A stretch of DNA of 64,000 nt from Candidatus Kapaibacterium sp. (lineage in GTDB: Bacteria > Bacteroidota > Ignavibacteria > Kapaibacteriales > NICIL-2): contig JANWWF010000004.1 in NCBI GenBank assembly GCA_025055755.1, positions 810 through 64,809 on the forward strand, in the 5' to 3' direction. The notes below the pieces were generated by a model. The model saw only the letters and a program-made list of their open reading frames with translations. It was not told where the DNA came from and made no database searches. Below are positions 60,680 through 64,000 of the stretch, in pieces. Position 1 is the stretch's first letter; every line of letters begins with the position of its first letter. The position numbers and the translations under genes are program-made.

Positions 60680-62524
60680 ATGCATAGACGCTGGAGTGCT
60701 TACTTGCTGGTGTGGGTAGGAGTGCAGCATGCCGCTGGTGCTGCCACTGACTCGTATCGTGTGACGCTTGATCTTGCTGGCTGCCGCAACGATCAGATTC
60801 AAGTAACCGTCCAGCTCCCTACCACTGCTGCGTGCACCGAATGCCGGTTCGTATTCCCCCGTTCAGTGCCGGGCACTTATTCTCTCGACCGCTACGGGCG
60901 CTTCATCACCGATGCACGCGCATACGATGCCAACGGTGATTCGTTGCCGGTTAGTCGGGACGAGGACGACATTGTCACCAAAGGGAAGCCTGCTCGGATT
61001 ATCTACACGGTCAACGACACATGGGATGACCCGAAAGGCAAGGAAGTCTTCAATCCCACCGGCAGCAACATCCAATGTGACACAAACTTTGTGCTCAACT
61101 TCCACGCATTCGTCGGCTACCTGGATGGATACAAGCACTTGCCCTACGAAGTCACCATCCGTAAGCCCCAAGGTTTCTACGGAAGCACCTCACTTCGCCG
61201 CCTAAGCCAAAGCGACACTGCAGATGTTTTCCGCGCTCGCTCGTACATGGAGCTGGTGGATAACCCTGCGATGTATTGCATTCCCGACACTGTTAGCTTC
61301 ATCCAGAACGGAACGCAGGTACTGGTGGCGGTGTACTCCCCAAACAAAGTGATGCGTGCAGCATCCGTCGCAGAAATGCTCAAACCAACGCTTGCTGCTG
61401 TTGCCCGTATGCTTGGCACTATGCCCGTCGATCGCTACACGTTTCTTTTCTACTTTGCGGGACGTCACCAGCGGGACATCCTGGGAGACCTTTCTTTCGG
61501 AGCATTGGAGCATCCATACTCGTCGTTTTACTTTCTGCCCGAAGGACGCAGTGCGGATGAAACTGCTCGCTTTATGATTCAATCTACCGCGGCGCATGAG
61601 TTTTTGCACATTCTTGTCCCGCTGAATTTGCACAGTGAAGAGATCGCCGATTTCGACTTCCGCTCGCCAAAGATGTCGCGTCACTTGTGGCTTTATGAGG
61701 GCTGCACCGAATATTTCCAGCAGTTGGCACGAGCCCAGGATACTCTGTTGAGTCCCGAGGAATTTGTGCGGGATTTGCTGGGGAACATGCGAATGCTCCA
61801 GTACTTCTACCGGCAGCGTCCGATTTCGCTGGTTGAACTAAGCCAACGAGTGCTCGAACCTCAGTATCAGAAGCTCTACCCGGTCATCTATGCGCACGGA
61901 CCAGTGGTAGCATTCTGCCTGGACATTACTATACGCCGACTAAGCAAGGGCACACTGGACTTGCTTAGCGTCATTCGCACCCTTATGCACAAGTATGGAC
62001 CCGAGCGTCCTTTCCGCGATGATGCACTTTTCGACGAGTTTAGTGCCTTAGTTCATCCTTCGCTTCGAGAGTTCTTTCGTCGTTATGTGGAAGGAACCGA
62101 GCTGCCACCTATTGGGGAGTGCCTTGAAGCGCTTGGCTATCGCTACAGTGACAGCAGCCAGGTGGAGATGTACGAATTCTCCTCAACGTCGATTTCACTG
62201 CGTCGCAATGTAGAAGAGCCCATTATCGTCACCCGGCAGCCGGGCAACGATTTTGGCTTCCGCAATGGCGACACACTTGTGCGAATCAACAGCATGCTGG
62301 TAACACCAGAGAACAAGTACAACCTCGTAAGTCGCTTTATTTGGTCCCCTGAGTCTGCCGATACAGTGCGGGTGGTCGTGCGCCGAGCGGAAGGAGAAGT
62401 AGAGCTTCGTGCTGCACCCCGTCGGATTTATCGCACTATGCGATACGTTTTTCAGGACAATCCTCATCCGCCTGCGGAAGCGCTGGCACTGCGTGCAGCT
62501 TTCTTCCGCAAAAGCAGCCAGTAA
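60680..62524 (+). CDS. secreted HExxH zinc metallopeptidase with C-terminal PDZ domain (M61 glycyl-aminopeptidase-like)
   Basis: Signal peptide, AAHEFLHILVP zinc motif, C-terminal PDZ-like GFRNGDTLVRINSMLV. Confidence 0.6.
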   Translation: MHRRWSAYLLVWVGVQHAAGAATDSYRVTLDLAGCRNDQIQVTVQLPTTAACTECRFVFPRSVPGTYSLDRYGRFITDARAYDANGDSLPVSRDEDDIVTKGKPARIIYTVNDTWDDPKGKEVFNPTGSNIQCDTNFVLNFHAFVGYLDGYKHLPYEVTIRKPQGFYGSTSLRRLSQSDTADVFRARSYMELVDNPAMYCIPDTVSFIQNGTQVLVAVYSPNKVMRAASVAEMLKPTLAAVARMLGTMPVDRYTFLFYFAGRHQRDILGDLSFGALEHPYSSFYFLPEGRSADETARFMIQSTAAHEFLHILVPLNLHSEEIADFDFRSPKMSRHLWLYEGCTEYFQQLARAQDTLLSPEEFVRDLLGNMRMLQYFYRQRPISLVELSQRVLEPQYQKLYPVIYAHGPVVAFCLDITIRRLSKGTLDLLSVIRTLMHKYGPERPFRDDALFDEFSALVHPSLREFFRRYVEGTELPPIGECLEALGYRYSDSSQVEMYEFSSTSISLRRNVEEPIIVTRQPGNDFGFRNGDTLVRINSMLVTPENKYNLVSRFIWSPESADTVRVVVRRAEGEVELRAAPRRIYRTMRYVFQDNPHPPAEALALRAAFFRKSSQ

Positions 62525-62537
62525 ATCAAGATTCTTT

Positions 62538-62563
62538 CCCCGTCGCTGCGTAGTATGACGGGG
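62538..62563. terminator. hairpin between convergent M61 peptidase and NtrC-family genes
   Basis: CCCCGTC (62538-62544) / GACGGGG (62557-62563), 12-nt loop. T-tract weak on both strands. Confidence 0.3.
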
Positions 62564-62567
62564 TCCG

Positions 62568-64000
62568 TTAGCGCTTTGCAGAGACCTTGTTCGACGGCAA
62601 CTTTTCTGCTTTTTGCTTTGCGCTCACGTTTTTCTTTTTCTCTAACGGTGCCTCTTCCAGCCCATAGCGTCGGAGTAACTCTGCAAGCTGCTTTTCGCTT
62701 ATCGCAAGCATACGGGCAGCAGCAGTGTGATTTCCCCCTGCCAGTGCAAGCGTTTGAGCAATGAGCTCTCGGACAACTGTATCCAGCGGTGCACCGTTGT
62801 CGGAAATGACCAGCTGATACTCTCCCGGTGCTAAGGTGGAGCGCACACTTACTCCCTTCGTTGGTGGTGTCCAATCCATGCGCAAGAAGGACAACTGCTC
62901 GCGCGTAATGACCGGACCTGTGCTTAGAAGGACTGCGCGTTCGATTACATTTCGCAGCTCGCGCACGTTGCCTTTCCAGTGGTATTGCTGCAACAGCTCA
63001 GCTGCTTGCGGCTCAAATCCCTCGATTGCCTTGCCAAATTTTGCGTTGAACTCCTTGATAAACGCTGCTGCCAGGAGGGGAATATCCTCTTTTCGTTCGC
63101 GTAAAGGGGGCAAGTAGATTGTAGCCACATTGAGTCGATAGTAGAGGTCCTCCCGAAACTTCCCTTCCTCGACGAGTTTTTCCAGGTCGCGGTTGGTAGC
63201 TGCAATCACCCGTACATCTACGCTGATTTCCTTAGAGCCACCGAGGCGGTAGAACTTACGCTCCTGCAGTACCCGGAGCAGCTTTACCTGCATTTCGGGA
63301 CTGAGCTCACCAATTTCATCGAGAAGAATCGTACCACGATGTGCCTGTTCGAAACGTCCTTGGCGCACTTTGTCGGTGGCACCGGTAAACGCACCTCGCT
63401 CATAGCCGAACAGCTCGCTTTCTGCAAGCTCGCGGGGAATTGCTCCACAGTTGACCGTAATAAACGGTCCCTTTGCCCGTGCCGATTGTTGATGGATGAA
63501 GCGGGCAATGACTTCCTTGCCTGTCCCTGACTCCCCAAGAATGAGCGCTGTTGTATCGGGAGATTTGGCAACGATGGTCGCAATCTGGAGTGCCTTGCGA
63601 AGCGCCTCGCTCGAGCCGATGATATTGCTGGTAGTGTAGCGCGCCAATTCTTCCTCCAACATAGACACCTGCCGTCGCATTGCGTCGTGCTGGAGCACTC
63701 GTTCGACCACCACTTCGAGCTGCTCCAAATCGATTGGCTTGGCGATGAATTCATCGGCTCCCGCTTTCATCGCACGAACCGCGGTTTTAATGTCCCCAAA
63801 TCCTGTCATCACAATAACCGGCACACGGACTCCCTCTCGCCGTAGGTGTTCCAACAGGTCTATGCCATTAGCTCTGCCCAGGTAAATATCCAACAAAACC
63901 ACATCTGGTGCAATCGTTTCGAACTCTTCGAGCGCCTGTTGGGGATCGGGCACATGCACAACTCGTTCATATCGCACCGAGAGAGCATGGACGATAGATT
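62568..64000 (-). CDS. sigma-54-dependent response regulator (NtrC family), 5'-truncated by the window edge
   Basis: Receiver domain (VVLLDIYL...[11 protein letters not shown]), AAA+ sigma-54 interaction domain ([28 protein letters not shown]), C-terminal HTH. The reading frame stays open to position 64000. Confidence 0.85.
   Translation of the reverse strand, partial: SIVHALSVRYERVVHVPDPQQALEEFETIAPDVVLLDIYLGRANGIDLLEHLRREGVRVPVIVMTGFGDIKTAVRAMKAGADEFIAKPIDLEQLEVVVERVLQHDAMRRQVSMLEEELARYTTSNIIGSSEALRKALQIATIVAKSPDTTALILGESGTGKEVIARFIHQQSARAKGPFITVNCGAIPRELAESELFGYERGAFTGATDKVRQGRFEQAHRGTILLDEIGELSPEMQVKLLRVLQERKFYRLGGSKEISVDVRVIAATNRDLEKLVEEGKFREDLYYRLNVATIYLPPLRERKEDIPLLAAAFIKEFNAKFGKAIEGFEPQAAELLQQYHWKGNVRELRNVIERAVLLSTGPVITREQLSFLRMDWTPPTKGVSVRSTLAPGEYQLVISDNGAPLDTVVRELIAQTLALAGGNHTAAARMLAISEKQLAELLRRYGLEEAPLEKKKNVSAKQKAEKLPSNKVSAKR

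Noticed and set aside
1-64000. CRISPR arrays, IS elements, integrases, tRNA/rRNA genes
   Set aside because: No regularly spaced direct repeats, no transposase or integrase-like ORFs, and no intergenic segment with tRNA-like structure or rRNA signatures was seen.

Overview
GC-rich (~58-60%) bacterial chromosomal segment carrying about 58 protein-coding genes and no rRNA, tRNA or CRISPR loci. Most of it is housekeeping. Recognised genes are proS (archaeal-type), scpA and scpB, dnaK, dprA, nuoA and nuoB, murG, kynU, mlaE, nrdJ (class II RNR), menA, acpS, pyrE, serS, clpP, cdsA, gmd and manC, rlpA, icd, and a truncated NtrC-type activator at the right edge. Two proteins end in type IX secretion (T9SS) C-terminal sorting domains. 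With the SPOR protein and the archaeal-type ProRS, this suggests a Bacteroidota or Rhodothermota-like lineage, which is an inference. The non-housekeeping content sits in a codirectional minus-strand block from 36.5 to 48.1 kb. It comprises a patatin plus Omp85-barrel protein coupled to sixA, an SDR, an acylphosphatase coupled to a VWA plus OmpA_C protein, two paralogous exported proteins, and a 731-aa membrane-anchored protein with a faint GldM/PorM-like N-terminus. Other loci worth a second look are an orphan FHIPEP (FlhA/SctV) gene, a DUF1800/DUF1501 pair whose DUF1501 member carries both a Tat signal and a T9SS C-terminal domain, and a partial VWA plus UspA operon at the left edge. There is also a decayed ORF with an in-frame stop between dnaK and dprA. 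The raw ORF track contains many long antisense ORFs, which I treat as GC-driven artefacts.
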